A stretch of 38,128 nt of DNA from an uncultured Gammaproteobacteria bacterium. Lineage in GTDB: Bacteria > Pseudomonadota > Gammaproteobacteria > Arenicellales > CAJQKF01. The notes beneath the pieces were generated by a model. The model did no database searches and was not told the origin of the DNA. It saw nothing but the letters and a program-made list of their open reading frames with translations. The DNA is taken from the NCBI GenBank assembly GCA_964350265.1, contig CAYGJZ010000012.1:23156-61283 (forward strand), read 5' to 3'. This document shows, one piece after another, positions 1 to 12,838 of this stretch. A program made the translations under genes and the position numbers. Every line of letters begins with the position of its first letter. Positions within the stretch are counted from its first letter, which is position 1.

Positions 1-60
1 GGACCCCGCATGGCATCGCCACGTCCACTATGGCCGACAGGTTCGTTCATTGCCCGAAAA

Positions 61-69
61 AGTCTAGCA
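61..69 (-). promoter_or_regulatory. Possible extended -10 element (TGcTAGACT) pointing out of the window, downstream of serS
   Basis: Minus strand reads GTGCTAGACTTTTT in an AT-rich patch; an ATG at 50 opens a frame (MNEPVGHSGRGDAMRG...) that runs off the window edge. No -35 seen. Confidence 0.3.
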
Positions 70-106
70 CGTTCCCCCGCGCAACACACGCAGCGCGGGT
101 CATCGT

Positions 107-1781
<1,675 letters not shown>

Positions 1782-1796
1782 CCGCCCTGCCCCGCT

Positions 1797-2447
1797 TCAG
1801 AAGGAATCGTCGATGACATCGACCCCGGGGGGCGGCGTGAAGTCGAACAGGGTCGGCCCCAGTGCCGGGTTGACCTCGTTGTCGGTGAACACGATGCGGG
1901 TGACCTGGCCCAGCTGGTCGGCCAGTTGCAGCAGGCGCAGGGTCTGGCCCTCGAAGCCCAGTTGCACCTCGTTGAAGTTTCCGTCGTCCCGGGTCGGCAG
2001 CAGGGCCACCCAGGCGACCTGGCCGTGCAGCCCGCGATCCTCGATCCGGTAGTTGTCGCCGAGATCGCCGCGACCGGCCAGCAGGATGGCCGGGGTACGG
2101 CCGACGGCGTCGTCAAGACGCTGCACGGTGACCTGCTCGAGTTCGACGTCGTAGACGAAGACCCGTTCGCCGTCGCTGACGATCTGCTGTTCCAGCGGCG
2201 GCTCGTAGTCCCAGCGAAAGCGCCCCGGCCGGGCAATCCACATGCGGCCGGTACTTTCCTCGATGCGGTTGAGGTTCTCGTCCAGCACCACCTGTTCAAA
2301 GGCGGCGCTGAAGGTTTCCACCTCGGCGAAGAAGCGCTCCAGTTCCGCGGTGGCGTCGGCGGAGGCGGCGCGCGGCAGCAGCGCCACCGCCATCGCCAGC
2401 AGGGCCAGCCGCCATTTCGCGGTGTTCGTTGTCGACATCAGCTTCAC
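1797..2447 (-). CDS. lolA: Outer-membrane lipoprotein carrier LolA
   Basis: Signal peptide, FEQ..., ARPGRFRWDY, IVSDG, YDVELEQVT, TPA, F.FTPP.GVDVID; follows ftsK with a GTGA overlap (alternative start ATG 2438). Confidence 0.95.
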   Translation of the reverse strand: MKLMSTTNTAKWRLALLAMAVALLPRAASADATAELERFFAEVETFSAAFEQVVLDENLNRIEESTGRMWIARPGRFRWDYEPPLEQQIVSDGERVFVYDVELEQVTVQRLDDAVGRTPAILLAGRGDLGDNYRIEDRGLHGQVAWVALLPTRDDGNFNEVQLGFEGQTLRLLQLADQLGQVTRIVFTDNEVNPALGPTLFDFTPPPGVDVIDDSF

Positions 2448-4732
2448 TCCGGTGGCGGCGGCGCCAGCACCGCCCGCTTGCCATTTTCCGATGGTCCGAC
2501 CACCCCGGCCATTTCCATCGCCTCGATCATGCGCGCGGCGCGATTGTAGCCGACCCGCAACTGGCGCTGAACCGACGAGATGGAGGCACGACGCGTCTCG
2601 GTGACGAAGCGCAGGGCCTGGTCGTAGAGCGGATCGCCCTCGCCGCCGCCCTCGCCCGCCGGATCGCCACCACCGCCGCCGGCGCTGAAATCGCCCTCGG
2701 TGATTTCATCGATGTAGTCCGGTTCCCCCGAGGCACGGAGCTCGTCGGCCACCCGCTGCACCTCCTGGTCGGAGACGAAGGAACCGTGCACGCGCAGCGG
2801 GAAGCCGGTGCCCGGGGGCAGGAACAGCATGTCGCCGTGGCCGAGCAACTGCTCGGCGCCCATCTGGTCGAGCACGGTACGCGAATCCGCCCGCGAAGAC
2901 ACCTGGAAGGCCACCCGGGTCGGCACGTTGGCCTTGATCAGGCCGGTGACCACGTCCACCGAAGGACGCTGGGTGGCCAGTACCAGGTGGATGCCCGCCG
3001 CCCGCGCCCGCTGCGCGATGCGGGTGATCAGTTCCTCGATCTTCTTGCCCACCACCATCAGCAGGTCGGCCAGCTCGTCGATGATGACCACGATGTACGG
3101 CAGCTCGCCCAGCGGCACCGGTTCCTCGCCCTCGCCCACCGGCGCCAGCGGATCGAGGATCGGCTTGCCCGACTCCGCCGCCGGCACCACCTTGCGGTTG
3201 AAGCCGGTGATGTTGCGCACGCCCAGCGCGGCCATCAGGCGGAAGCGTCGGTCCATCTCCACGATGCACCAGCGCAGCGCGTTGGCGGCTTTCTGCATGT
3301 CCGTCACCACCGGCGCCAGGAGGTGCGGGATGTCCTCGTAGACGGACAGTTCCAGCATCTTCGGATCGACCATGATCATGCGCACCTGGCTGGGCGTCGA
3401 CTTGTACACCAGCGACAGGATCAGGGCATTGATGCACACCGACTTGCCCGAGCCGGTGGTGCCGGCAATGAGCACGTGGGGCATGCGGGCAAGGTCGGCG
3501 ATGACCGGCAGCCCGGCGATGTCCTTGCCCATGACCAGGGTCAGCGGGCTCTTGCTCTTGTCGTACTCCTCCGAGTTCAGGCCCTCGATCAGGTTGACCA
3601 CTTCGCGGCTCTCGTTGGGCACTTCCAGGCCGATCACGGTCTTGCCGGGAATGTTCTCCACCACGCGGATGCTGACCACCGACAGGGCCCGCGCCAGGTC
3701 GCGGGACAAGCCGGTGATCTGGCTGGCCTTGACCCCCGGCGCCGGCTCGATCTCGAACCGGGTGATCACCGGCCCGGGCTGCACCGCCACCACCTGCACC
3801 TCGATGTTGAAGTCGCGCAGCTTCTTCTCCAGCAGGCGCGACATGTGCTCCAGGGACTCGCGGCTGAAGCCGCCCTCGCGACCGGAGGGCGCATCGAGCA
3901 GGCTCAGCGCGGGACGCGACTCGCCGCTCGGCCGCTCCTTGAACAAGGTGGCCTGGGACTCGCGCTCGCGGCGGCCGCTTTCCGGCGGCTTGGTGATCTT
4001 CGGCTCGATGCGCGGCGGCTTGCGGGTCTCGAACTCCTTGCGGATCTCCGCCACCGAGGCGGTGCGCTGCTTGCGCGAACGGGCCCCGGCGAAGCGGTCG
4101 GACCACTCGCCGGGCAGCGCCGCCAGCCGGCCGACCAGGCGGTAGAACTCGCGGCCGAGAAAGTCCATCACCGCGAACCAGGACAGGTCGGTGGCCCAGG
4201 AAAGGCCCGCCACCAGGGCCACCAGCAGGGTCACGGTGGCGCCCACGGTGCCGAAGCTGCGTGCCAGCCACTCGGTGACGATGTCGCCGAAGACGCCGCC
4301 GGCGGGGAATTCCATCGCCGCCGACAACGCCGCGAAGTGGACGTGCTCCAGCCCGCTGCAGGCCAGCAGCGTGACCACGATGCCGCCGGCATGCACCAGC
4401 CGGCGGTTCAGCGACGGCATGTCGCCGGACAGGCTGCGGAACACCCGCCAGCCGAACAGCAGCAGGATCACCGGCAGCAGGAAGGCCGAGTAGCCGAATA
4501 CCTGCAGCATGACGTCGGCGAACCAGGCGCCGAAATGCCCGCCGAGGTTGGCGATGCTGCCGTCGCCGCCGCTGAACGACCAGCCCGGGTCGCCGGGGTC
4601 GTAGCTGAACAGGCAGATGAACAGGTAGAACATCACCGCCGCCACCGCGATCAGCAGCAGCTCCCGGCTGCGCCGGTTCGGCGGTCGTTCGGCCTTCTTC
4701 GGTGTCTTGCGGGTTTTTGCGGCGGCGGTCAA
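2444..4732 (-). CDS. ftsK: DNA translocase FtsK (short linker)
   Basis: N-terminal TM domain, GPVITRFE, Walker A AGTTGSGKS, IIDELADL, LATQRPSVDV, gamma domain SISSVQRQLRVGYNRAAR; TTG start uncertain. Confidence 0.97.
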   Translation of the reverse strand: MTAAAKTRKTPKKAERPPNRRSRELLLIAVAAVMFYLFICLFSYDPGDPGWSFSGGDGSIANLGGHFGAWFADVMLQVFGYSAFLLPVILLLFGWRVFRSLSGDMPSLNRRLVHAGGIVVTLLACSGLEHVHFAALSAAMEFPAGGVFGDIVTEWLARSFGTVGATVTLLVALVAGLSWATDLSWFAVMDFLGREFYRLVGRLAALPGEWSDRFAGARSRKQRTASVAEIRKEFETRKPPRIEPKITKPPESGRRERESQATLFKERPSGESRPALSLLDAPSGREGGFSRESLEHMSRLLEKKLRDFNIEVQVVAVQPGPVITRFEIEPAPGVKASQITGLSRDLARALSVVSIRVVENIPGKTVIGLEVPNESREVVNLIEGLNSEEYDKSKSPLTLVMGKDIAGLPVIADLARMPHVLIAGTTGSGKSVCINALILSLVYKSTPSQVRMIMVDPKMLELSVYEDIPHLLAPVVTDMQKAANALRWCIVEMDRRFRLMAALGVRNITGFNRKVVPAAESGKPILDPLAPVGEGEEPVPLGELPYIVVIIDELADLLMVVGKKIEELITRIAQRARAAGIHLVLATQRPSVDVVTGLIKANVPTRVAFQVSSRADSRTVLDQMGAEQLLGHGDMLFLPPGTGFPLRVHGSFVSDQEVQRVADELRASGEPDYIDEITEGDFSAGGGGGDPAGEGGGEGDPLYDQALRFVTETRRASISSVQRQLRVGYNRAARMIEAMEMAGVVGPSENGKRAVLAPPPPE

Positions 4733-4779
4733 CGTGCTGGGAAACGGGTGGCGGTCAGGGGGCTTGGCGACAGCGCGGC

Positions 4780-4785
4780 ATTATA
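4780..4785 (-). promoter_or_regulatory. Putative -10 element for ftsK-lolA-crcB-serS
   Basis: Perfect TATAAT on the minus strand ~48 nt upstream of the ftsK start in GC-rich DNA; no convincing -35. Confidence 0.5.
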
Positions 4786-4813
4786 CCGCGATCGGGCCGC
4801 CAACCAGGCTTGA

Positions 4814-6025
<1,212 letters not shown>

Positions 6026-6027
6026 GC

Positions 6028-6519
6028 ATGGGCGGCGACGACGATGCCCGCTTCGCCGACCTGGTCGACGACGTCGTGCCGCTGGAACAGGACCGCGTGG
6101 CCCCGGAACGCGTCGCGCCACGCCGGCGGCCGGTGCCGGCACCGGCATCCTTCGTGGCCGCACCCCTCGTCGAGCAGCCGGCCAGCCACCACGCCGGCGG
6201 CGTGCAACGCGGGGTGCTGCGACAACTGCGCCGCGGCGAGATTCGCCCGGTGGCCCGGCTGGACCTGCACGGCTACCGTCGCGACGGCGCCCAGCGCCTG
6301 CTCGAGGCCTTCCTCGCCGAGGCCGCGGCCGCCGGCGAACGCTGCGTGCTGGTGATCCACGGCAAGGGGTCGCGCTCCGCCGAGCGGGTGGCGGTGCTGC
6401 GGCAGATGACCCGGGCGGTGCTGGTGCGCCACCCGCTGGTGATGGCCTATGCCCCGGCGGTGATCCGCGACGGCGGCGAAGGCGCGCTGTACGCCCTGCT
6501 GCGCCGTCCCGGCAGCTAG
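6028..6519 (+). CDS. Smr/MutS2 C-terminal domain protein
   Basis: [32 protein letters not shown]; ATG 2 nt after the trxB stop (C-terminal part of ORF 4990..6519). Confidence 0.88.
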   Translation: MGGDDDARFADLVDDVVPLEQDRVAPERVAPRRRPVPAPASFVAAPLVEQPASHHAGGVQRGVLRQLRRGEIRPVARLDLHGYRRDGAQRLLEAFLAEAAAAGERCVLVIHGKGSRSAERVAVLRQMTRAVLVRHPLVMAYAPAVIRDGGEGALYALLRRPGS

Positions 6520-7007
6520 GCTTTCGGACCGGGCGCTTCCTCGATCAGCACCACCGCGTGCGCGGCAATGCCCTCGCCGCGGCCGGCATAGCCCATGCCC
6601 TCGGTGGTGGTGGCCTTCACGCTGACCCGGTCCGTGGAAACGCCGCAGTCAGCGGCAAGGTGTTCGCGCATGGCCGGGATGTGCGGCGCCAGACGCGGCG
6701 CCTGGGCCACCAGCGTGGCATCGATGTTGCCGACCACGAAGCCGGTCGCGGCCAGCCGCTCCACCACCGCCCGCAGCAGCCGCCGGCTGTCGATGCCACG
6801 CAGCGCCGCGTCGCTGTCCGGGAACATGCCGCCGATGTCGCCCAGCGCCGCGGCGCCGAGCAAGGCGTCGCACAGGGCGTGCAGCAGCACGTCGGCATCG
6901 GAATGCCCGTCCAGGCCACGGTCGTGGGCAATCTCCACCCCGCCGAGCACCAGCCGCCGCCCGCTCACCAGGCGGTGGGCATCGAAGCCGTGACCGATGC
7001 GCATCAT
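6516..7007 (-). CDS. ispF: 2-C-methyl-D-erythritol 2,4-cyclodiphosphate synthase
   Basis: [44 protein letters not shown]; ATGA overlap with the ispD stop. Confidence 0.97.
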   Translation of the reverse strand: MMRIGHGFDAHRLVSGRRLVLGGVEIAHDRGLDGHSDADVLLHALCDALLGAAALGDIGGMFPDSDAALRGIDSRRLLRAVVERLAATGFVVGNIDATLVAQAPRLAPHIPAMREHLAADCGVSTDRVSVKATTTEGMGYAGRGEGIAAHAVVLIEEAPGPKA

Positions 7008-7702
7008 CGCCCCTCGGCCTGCCGTTGCCACAGCCAGGCGGCGAGTTCCAGGTCCTCCGGGGTGGTCACCTTGATGTTGTCCATCGCGCAGGGCACCAGC
7101 AACGGCCGGTGGCCGGCATGCTCCATGGCCGCCGCTTCGTCGGTGACCGCCAGCCCCTCGGCCAGCGCCCGGCGCAGCGCCTCGTGCAGCAAGCGCAGCG
7201 GAAAAAGCTGCGGCGTCGCCGCCCGCCACAGGTGCGCCCGGTCCGGGGTCTGCGCCACCCGGTCCAGCTCGTCGCTGCGCTTCACCGTGTCCACCAGCGG
7301 CATCGCCAGCAGGCCGCCGTTGTCGTCGCTGCCCACCCGCTCCAGCAGGCGGTCGATGTCCGCCGCGCGCACCAGTGGCCGCGCCGCGTCGTGCACCAGC
7401 ACGCGGTCGCCGTCGCCGGCAAAGGCGATCATCGCGTCGAGGCCGTTGAACACGGTCTGCGCGCGGTCCGGCCCGGCCACCGTCACCGCCTTCACCGGCA
7501 GGTCGCCGAGCTCTGCGAAGTGCGGATCGTTGAGCGCCACGCCGACCACCACCCCGGCAACGCCGGGATGGCCGTGCAGCCGCTCCACGGTGTGCCGCAG
7601 CATGGGACGATCGCCGATGGGCAGGTATTGCTTGGGCTTGGTCGCGCCCATGCGCTGGCCATGACCACCGGCCGGCACGAAGGCCCAGGTATTCGTTTGC
7701 AA
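7004..7702 (-). CDS. ispD: 2-C-methyl-D-erythritol 4-phosphate cytidylyltransferase
   Basis: [43 protein letters not shown]; probable TTG start at 7702. Confidence 0.93.
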   Translation of the reverse strand: MQTNTWAFVPAGGHGQRMGATKPKQYLPIGDRPMLRHTVERLHGHPGVAGVVVGVALNDPHFAELGDLPVKAVTVAGPDRAQTVFNGLDAMIAFAGDGDRVLVHDAARPLVRAADIDRLLERVGSDDNGGLLAMPLVDTVKRSDELDRVAQTPDRAHLWRAATPQLFPLRLLHEALRRALAEGLAVTDEAAAMEHAGHRPLLVPCAMDNIKVTTPEDLELAAWLWQRQAEGR

Positions 7703-7761
7703 GATGAAGGTTCCGCGAGATTTCCGACAGGCGGGACGGCAGCGCCCCGCGACCGCGGCCA

Positions 7762-7770
7762 AGCATACCA
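7762..7770 (-). promoter_or_regulatory. Putative extended -10 promoter of ispDF
   Basis: TGgTATGCT on the minus strand ~60 nt upstream of ispD. Confidence 0.4.
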
Positions 7771-7838
7771 CCCCGGCCGGCAGCGCGACTTCGATGCCGG
7801 GCCGGAAGCGGTGCGGACCGATGCCTCCCGGCGCAACG

Positions 7839-7867
7839 TTTGCATCGTCGCCGCAAGACGCTAGAAT
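7839..7867 (+). promoter_or_regulatory. Putative sigma70 promoter of mfd
   Basis: TTTGCA-17 nt-TAGAAT (or TTGCAT-16 nt) just upstream of the mfd GTG. Confidence 0.55.
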
Positions 7868-7900
7868 CGCGCTCCGTCGAATCCCCCCCGGTCCCCGTCC

Positions 7901-10900
7901 GTGTCATCCGTGTCCGTCATCCAGCCGCCGCTGCCCACCGACGCGCAGCGTCGCGTAGGCTGGTCGCGCCTGTACGGTTCCGCGGAAAGCCTGGCCATTG
8001 CCCGCGCCGCGCAGGCCCATCCCGGTCCGGTGGTCGTGGTCACCGCCTCGGCCCGCCGCGCCCAGATGCTGGAACAGGAGCTGGCCTTCTACGGCGATCA
8101 CGAAGCCAGCGTGTTCCCGGACTTCGAGTGCCTGCCCTACGACCTGTTCTCGCCCCACCAGGACATCATCTCCGGACGTCTGCGCATCCTCTCGCACCTG
8201 CCGGAGAAGCGGCGCGGCACGTTGCTGGTCAGCGTCGCCAACCTGGCCCAGCGGCTGCCGCCGCCCACCTACGTGCTCGGCCGCTCCATCGTCCTCCAGG
8301 TGGGCGAGCGTCTGGACATCGATGCCTTCCGCCTGCGCCTGCAACAGGGCGCCTACTATGCCGTCAGCCAGGTGGCCATGCCGGGGGAATACGCGGTGCG
8401 CGGCGGGCTGGTCGACCTGTTCCCGATGGGCGCGCAGTGGCCGATCCGCATCGACCTGTTCGACGACAGCATCGACAGCCTGCGTCGCTTCGATCCCGAG
8501 GACCAGCGCTCCAGTGACCAGGTGGACCAGGTGACCCTGCTGCCGGCGCGGGAGTTTCCCATGGACGAGGCTGCCATCCGCACCTTCCGGCAGAACTTCC
8601 GCAAGGCCTTCGAGGGCGACCCCAGCCGGCAGCAGGCCTACCGCGAGGTCAGCGAGGGCAACGTGGTGGCCGGGCTGGAGTTCTTCTTCCCGCTGTTCTT
8701 CGAACAGACCGCGACGCTGTTCGACTACACCCCGGACGACACGCTGTGGGTGCTGGACCGCGACATCGACAGCGAGGCGACCCGCTTCGATGCCGAGGTG
8801 CGCGACCGCTACGAGAACACCGCGCTGGACCCGGAACGACGCGCCCTGCCGCCGGAGCGGCTCTACCTGTCGCCGGGGCAGCTCGAGCAGCAACTGGCCG
8901 AGCGCCCTGCCATCCGTCTCGCCGACGACAGCCGCCGGGTCTTCAAGCTCGGCGCCGAGGTGCCGGAGGAAGCGCCGGTGGATTCCCGCGCCGCGGTACC
9001 CTACCGGGCGCTGTTCGACCTCATCGAGCACACCAGCCACCGCCTGCTGCTGGTGGCGGAGACCGCCGGCCGGCGGGAGTCGATGGAGTCGATCCTCTAC
9101 GAGCACGACATCCTCCCCACCCTGGTGGACGACTGGCAGACGTTTCTCGACGGCGACATGACGCTGGGCCTGGTGGTGGCCCAACTGGAGCGCGGCGCGC
9201 GGCTGCCGATGCTCGGCGTCAGCGTCATCACCGAGACCCAGCTCTACGGCGAGCGGGTCTTCCAGCGCCGGCGTCGCAGCGCCCGCAACCGCGACCCGGA
9301 GGCGGTGATCAAGTCGCTGGCGGAGCTCAAGCCCGGCGACCCGGTGGTGCACGAGAACCACGGCATCGGCCGCTACCAGGGGCTGACCACGCTGGGCATC
9401 GCCGGCGAAGTCAACGAGTTCCTGCTGATCACCTACCGCGACCAGGACAAGCTGTACGTGCCGATCATGTCGCTGGACCGGGTCAGCCGCTACCTCGGCG
9501 GCGATCCCGACAGCGCGCCGCTGCACAAGCTTGGCAGCGACACCTGGGAGAAGGCGCGCAAGAAGGCCCGCGAGAAGGCCTACGACGTGGCCGCCGAACT
9601 GCTCGAGGTAGCGGCCCTGCGCGAGAGCCGGCCCGGCGAGCCGCTGACCGTGCCCGCCGACGCCTACCGCGACTTCTGCGACCGCTTCGGCTTCGAGGAA
9701 ACCCCCGACCAGGACCAGGTCATCGGCGAGGTGCTCGCCGACCTGCGCTCGGAACAGCCCATGGATCGCCTGGTCTGCGGCGACGTCGGCTTCGGCAAGA
9801 CCGAGGTGGCGTTGCGCGCCGCCTTCGTCGCCGTCCACAACAAGCGCCAGGTGGCGCTGCTGGTGCCCACCACCCTGCTTGCCCAGCAGCACTACCAGAC
9901 CTTCAAGGACCGCTTCGCCGACCTGCCCATCGAAGTGGAGCTGATGTCGCGCTTTCGCAGTCGCAAGGACGTCGACAAGCTGGTCGAGTCCCTGGCCAGG
10001 GGCTACCCGGACATCATCGTCGGCACCCACAGGCTGCTGCAGGGCGACATCCGCTTCGGCAACCTGGGCCTGGTGATCATCGACGAGGAACACCGTTTCG
10101 GCGTGCGCCAGAAGGAACAGTTGAAGAAGCTGCGCAGCGAGGTGGACATCCTCACCCTGAGCGCGACGCCGATCCCGCGCACGCTGAACATGGCCATGGC
10201 CGGCCTGCGCGGCATCTCCATGATCGCCACGCCGCCGGTGGACCGGCTGTCGGTGAAGACCTTCGTGCGCCCCTACAACAAGGCGCTGGTGCGCGAGGCC
10301 GTGCTGCGCGAGGTGCATCGCGGCGGCCAGGTCTACTTCCTGCACAACGAGGTGCGCACCATCGAGCGCATGCGCGAGGAACTCACCGCGTTGATCCCGG
10401 AAGCGCGCATCGAGGTCGGCCACGGGCAGATGTCGGAGCTGGAACTGGAACGCATCATGCGCGACTTCTACCACCAGCGCTTCAACGTCCTTTTGTGCAC
10501 CACCATCGTCGAGAGCGGCATCGACGTGCCCAGCGCCAATACCATCATCATCAACCGTGCCGACCGCTTTGGCCTGGCCCAGCTCCACCAGCTGCGCGGA
10601 CGGGTGGGCCGCTCCCACCACCAGGCCTTCGCCTACCTGCTGGTGCCGGACATGGAACGCATCACCGCCGATGCGCGCAAGCGGCTGGACGCCATCGATT
10701 CCATGGAGGATCTCGGCGCCGGCTTCACCCTTGCCTCCCACGACCTGGAGATCCGCGGCGCCGGCGAGCTGCTCGGCGAATCGCAGAGCGGCACCATCGA
10801 CACGGTGGGCTTCACGCTGTTCTCCGAGTATCTCAACCGCGCGGTGGCGGAACTGCGCAGCGGGCGCGGCGAAGCCGACGAGGAACCGCCCACCACCCAT

Positions 10901-11338
10901 GCCGCCGACGTCAACCTCGGCTGCCCGGCATTGCTGCCCGAGGACTTCATCCCCGACGTGCACACCCGGCTGGTGCTGTACAAGCGCATTGCCGCGGCCA
11001 GCGACGACGAGGAACTGCGCGAACTGCGCATCGAGATCATCGACCGTTTCGGGCTGCTGCCCGAACCGGCCGGCCGGCTGTTCGACCTGACCGCGCTCAG
11101 CCACCGGGCCGGTCGCCTGGGTATCGAGAAGATCGACCTCGGCGCCGGCGGCGGCACGTTGACCTTCGCCGAGAAGAACCCGGTGCCGCCGGAGCGCATC
11201 ATCGCGCTGATCCGGGGCTTTCCCGGCACCTACCGCATGAGCGGTGGCTACCAGCTCAACGTGCGCGAGGAAATGCCGGAGGTAGAGGACCGCATCCGCC
11301 ACTGCGACAGGCTGCTGGCCCGGCTGGCCACCGACTGA
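7901..11338 (+). CDS. mfd: Transcription-repair coupling factor
   Basis: 1145 aa; UvrB-homology region, RID (VVH.NHGIGRY), [41 protein letters not shown] motif [12 protein letters not shown]. Confidence 0.98.
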   Translation: MSSVSVIQPPLPTDAQRRVGWSRLYGSAESLAIARAAQAHPGPVVVVTASARRAQMLEQELAFYGDHEASVFPDFECLPYDLFSPHQDIISGRLRILSHLPEKRRGTLLVSVANLAQRLPPPTYVLGRSIVLQVGERLDIDAFRLRLQQGAYYAVSQVAMPGEYAVRGGLVDLFPMGAQWPIRIDLFDDSIDSLRRFDPEDQRSSDQVDQVTLLPAREFPMDEAAIRTFRQNFRKAFEGDPSRQQAYREVSEGNVVAGLEFFFPLFFEQTATLFDYTPDDTLWVLDRDIDSEATRFDAEVRDRYENTALDPERRALPPERLYLSPGQLEQQLAERPAIRLADDSRRVFKLGAEVPEEAPVDSRAAVPYRALFDLIEHTSHRLLLVAETAGRRESMESILYEHDILPTLVDDWQTFLDGDMTLGLVVAQLERGARLPMLGVSVITETQLYGERVFQRRRRSARNRDPEAVIKSLAELKPGDPVVHENHGIGRYQGLTTLGIAGEVNEFLLITYRDQDKLYVPIMSLDRVSRYLGGDPDSAPLHKLGSDTWEKARKKAREKAYDVAAELLEVAALRESRPGEPLTVPADAYRDFCDRFGFEETPDQDQVIGEVLADLRSEQPMDRLVCGDVGFGKTEVALRAAFVAVHNKRQVALLVPTTLLAQQHYQTFKDRFADLPIEVELMSRFRSRKDVDKLVESLARGYPDIIVGTHRLLQGDIRFGNLGLVIIDEEHRFGVRQKEQLKKLRSEVDILTLSATPIPRTLNMAMAGLRGISMIATPPVDRLSVKTFVRPYNKALVREAVLREVHRGGQVYFLHNEVRTIERMREELTALIPEARIEVGHGQMSELELERIMRDFYHQRFNVLLCTTIVESGIDVPSANTIIINRADRFGLAQLHQLRGRVGRSHHQAFAYLLVPDMERITADARKRLDAIDSMEDLGAGFTLASHDLEIRGAGELLGESQSGTIDTVGFTLFSEYLNRAVAELRSGRGEADEEPPTTHAADVNLGCPALLPEDFIPDVHTRLVLYKRIAAASDDEELRELRIEIIDRFGLLPEPAGRLFDLTALSHRAGRLGIEKIDLGAGGGTLTFAEKNPVPPERIIALIRGFPGTYRMSGGYQLNVREEMPEVEDRIRHCDRLLARLATD

Positions 11339-11396
11339 AGTCGCGGGCTTGGCCTCGCGCCGTGGTCGCGGTAGATTTACCTTCCGACTCCAACCG

Positions 11397-12086
11397 ATGA
11401 AGCCAGTGCCGTCGATGCCCTCCTCCCGACTCCGACCGACCCGCCTCGCCGTATTGTGCGCGCTGCTCGCCATCGCCCTGCCGCGACTGGCGACGGCCAA
11501 TACCTACGACCTGGAAATGGTGGTGTTTCTCAACCAGGCCATCGCCACCAGCGAGGTGGATCGTGTCGACCCCGAGCGCTCGGCCCGCTACAACGACCTG
11601 CTCGGCGATCGCAGCCGGCGCACCGGCACGGTGATCGCCGAGACCATCGACGATGGCCGGCTCGGCGAGATGGCCGCTCGCCTGCGCAGTTCCGGTGGAC
11701 ACACGGTGGTACAGCACGTGCGCTGGCGCCAGCAGGTGGAACTGATCGACGATGCGCCCTTCGTCGACGTCTCGGCACTGGGCCTGGGCGAGGACAGCGG
11801 CCTGCGCGGGCTGGTGCGCTTCTACCACAGCCCGCTGCTCTACGTGGACCTGCTGCTGCGCTTCACGCCGCTCACCGACGCCCTCGGCCGCCAGCCCTCG
11901 TCGCTGGAGCCGGGTGTCGCCGACTTCGAGGCGCCGCTGCAGCGGCAGTGGTTCCTGGAGGAGAAGCGACGGGTGAAGCTGAAGGAACTGCACTACTTCG
12001 ACAATCCCTACTTCGGCGCCATTCTCGGCGTCTGGCCGGTGGAGGACAGCGCTTCCAGCGAGGGCGAAACGGCGCCGGCCAGCTAG
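11397..12086 (+). CDS. Exported protein, CsiV-like peptidoglycan-binding family
   Basis: Signal peptide, Y.LEMVVF start, H.RWRQ, C-terminal RRVKLKELHYFDNPYFG; position after mfd matches the known mfd-csiV linkage. Start 11397 or 11415. Confidence 0.7.
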   Translation: MKPVPSMPSSRLRPTRLAVLCALLAIALPRLATANTYDLEMVVFLNQAIATSEVDRVDPERSARYNDLLGDRSRRTGTVIAETIDDGRLGEMAARLRSSGGHTVVQHVRWRQQVELIDDAPFVDVSALGLGEDSGLRGLVRFYHSPLLYVDLLLRFTPLTDALGRQPSSLEPGVADFEAPLQRQWFLEEKRRVKLKELHYFDNPYFGAILGVWPVEDSASSEGETAPAS

Positions 12087-12838
12087 GCGGGTTGCCGCAG
12101 CACCGCCGCCACCAGTTCCAGCGCGGCGGCCACGCCGTCCACCAGGCTGGCCTCGATCTCTGCCATGGTGATCTCGCCGTCGCCCCGCCCCGCCGCCATG
12201 TTGGCGACCACGCACAGCGAGGCATAGGGCAGCGCCAGCTCCCGGGCCAGCGCCGCCTCGGGCATCCCGGTCATGCCGACCAGGTCGGCGCCGTCGCGCT
12301 CCAGGCGGTCGATCTCCGCGGCGCTCTCCAGGCGCGGCCCCTGGGTGCAGGCATAGCAGCACGGTGACAGGCAGCGCAGGCCGAGGGCCTCGGCCGCGGC
12401 GCTGATCCGTCCGCGCAGGACGGCATCGTAGGGCACCGTGAAGTCGACGTGGTGGACCTCGCCGTCGTCGCCGTCGAAGAAGGTGTGGGCCCGGCCCCAG
12501 GTGTAGTCGAGCACCTGGTCCGGCAGGGCCAGGTCCGCGGGGGCAAGCCGGCTGGTGATCGCGCCCACCGCGTTCAGGGCGACGATGGCGGTGGCGCCGG
12601 CCTCGCGCAGCGCCCACAGGTTGGCGCGGTAGTTGATCGCATGGGGCGGAATGCGGTGATCACCGCCATGGCGTGGCAGGAACAGCACCGGGGCGCCGTC
12701 GACCTCGCCCGCAAGCACCGGCGAGGACGTCTCGCCGAAGGGCGTGACACCCGCCACCTGTCCGGTCACCGCCAGCGACGGCCAGCGACAGGCACCCGTG
12801 CCGCCGATGACGGCAATCAGTCCGTCGTTGCCGGGCAT
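12083..12838 (-). CDS. S-methyl-5'-thioinosine/thioadenosine phosphorylase (MTAP family, probably MTI-type)
   Basis: IGGTG, TPFG, LPRHG..H..PPH.INYRAN, QGPRLE, VGMTGMPEAALARE, VVANMAAG; GGAGG Shine-Dalgarno inside the manC 3' end. Confidence 0.9.
   Translation of the reverse strand: MPGNDGLIAVIGGTGACRWPSLAVTGQVAGVTPFGETSSPVLAGEVDGAPVLFLPRHGGDHRIPPHAINYRANLWALREAGATAIVALNAVGAITSRLAPADLALPDQVLDYTWGRAHTFFDGDDGEVHHVDFTVPYDAVLRGRISAAAEALGLRCLSPCCYACTQGPRLESAAEIDRLERDGADLVGMTGMPEAALARELALPYASLCVVANMAAGRGDGEITMAEIEASLVDGVAAALELVAAVLRQPA

Noticed and set aside
76-99. CCCGCGC-N10-GCGCGGG hairpin after serS as a terminator
   Set aside because: Large loop and no adjacent U-tract on the minus strand; such stems are common at this GC content.
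2429-4813. 794-aa plus-strand ORF opposite ftsK
   Set aside because: Antisense shadow of a GC3-rich gene; no recognisable motifs.
7008-7907. Apparent long N-terminal extension of ispF or an IspDF fusion
   Set aside because: ispD and ispF are in different frames with a normal ATGA overlap.
7904-11500. 1198-aa minus-strand ORF and 884-aa off-frame ORF over mfd
   Set aside because: Shadow ORFs caused by stop-codon scarcity in GC-rich coding DNA.
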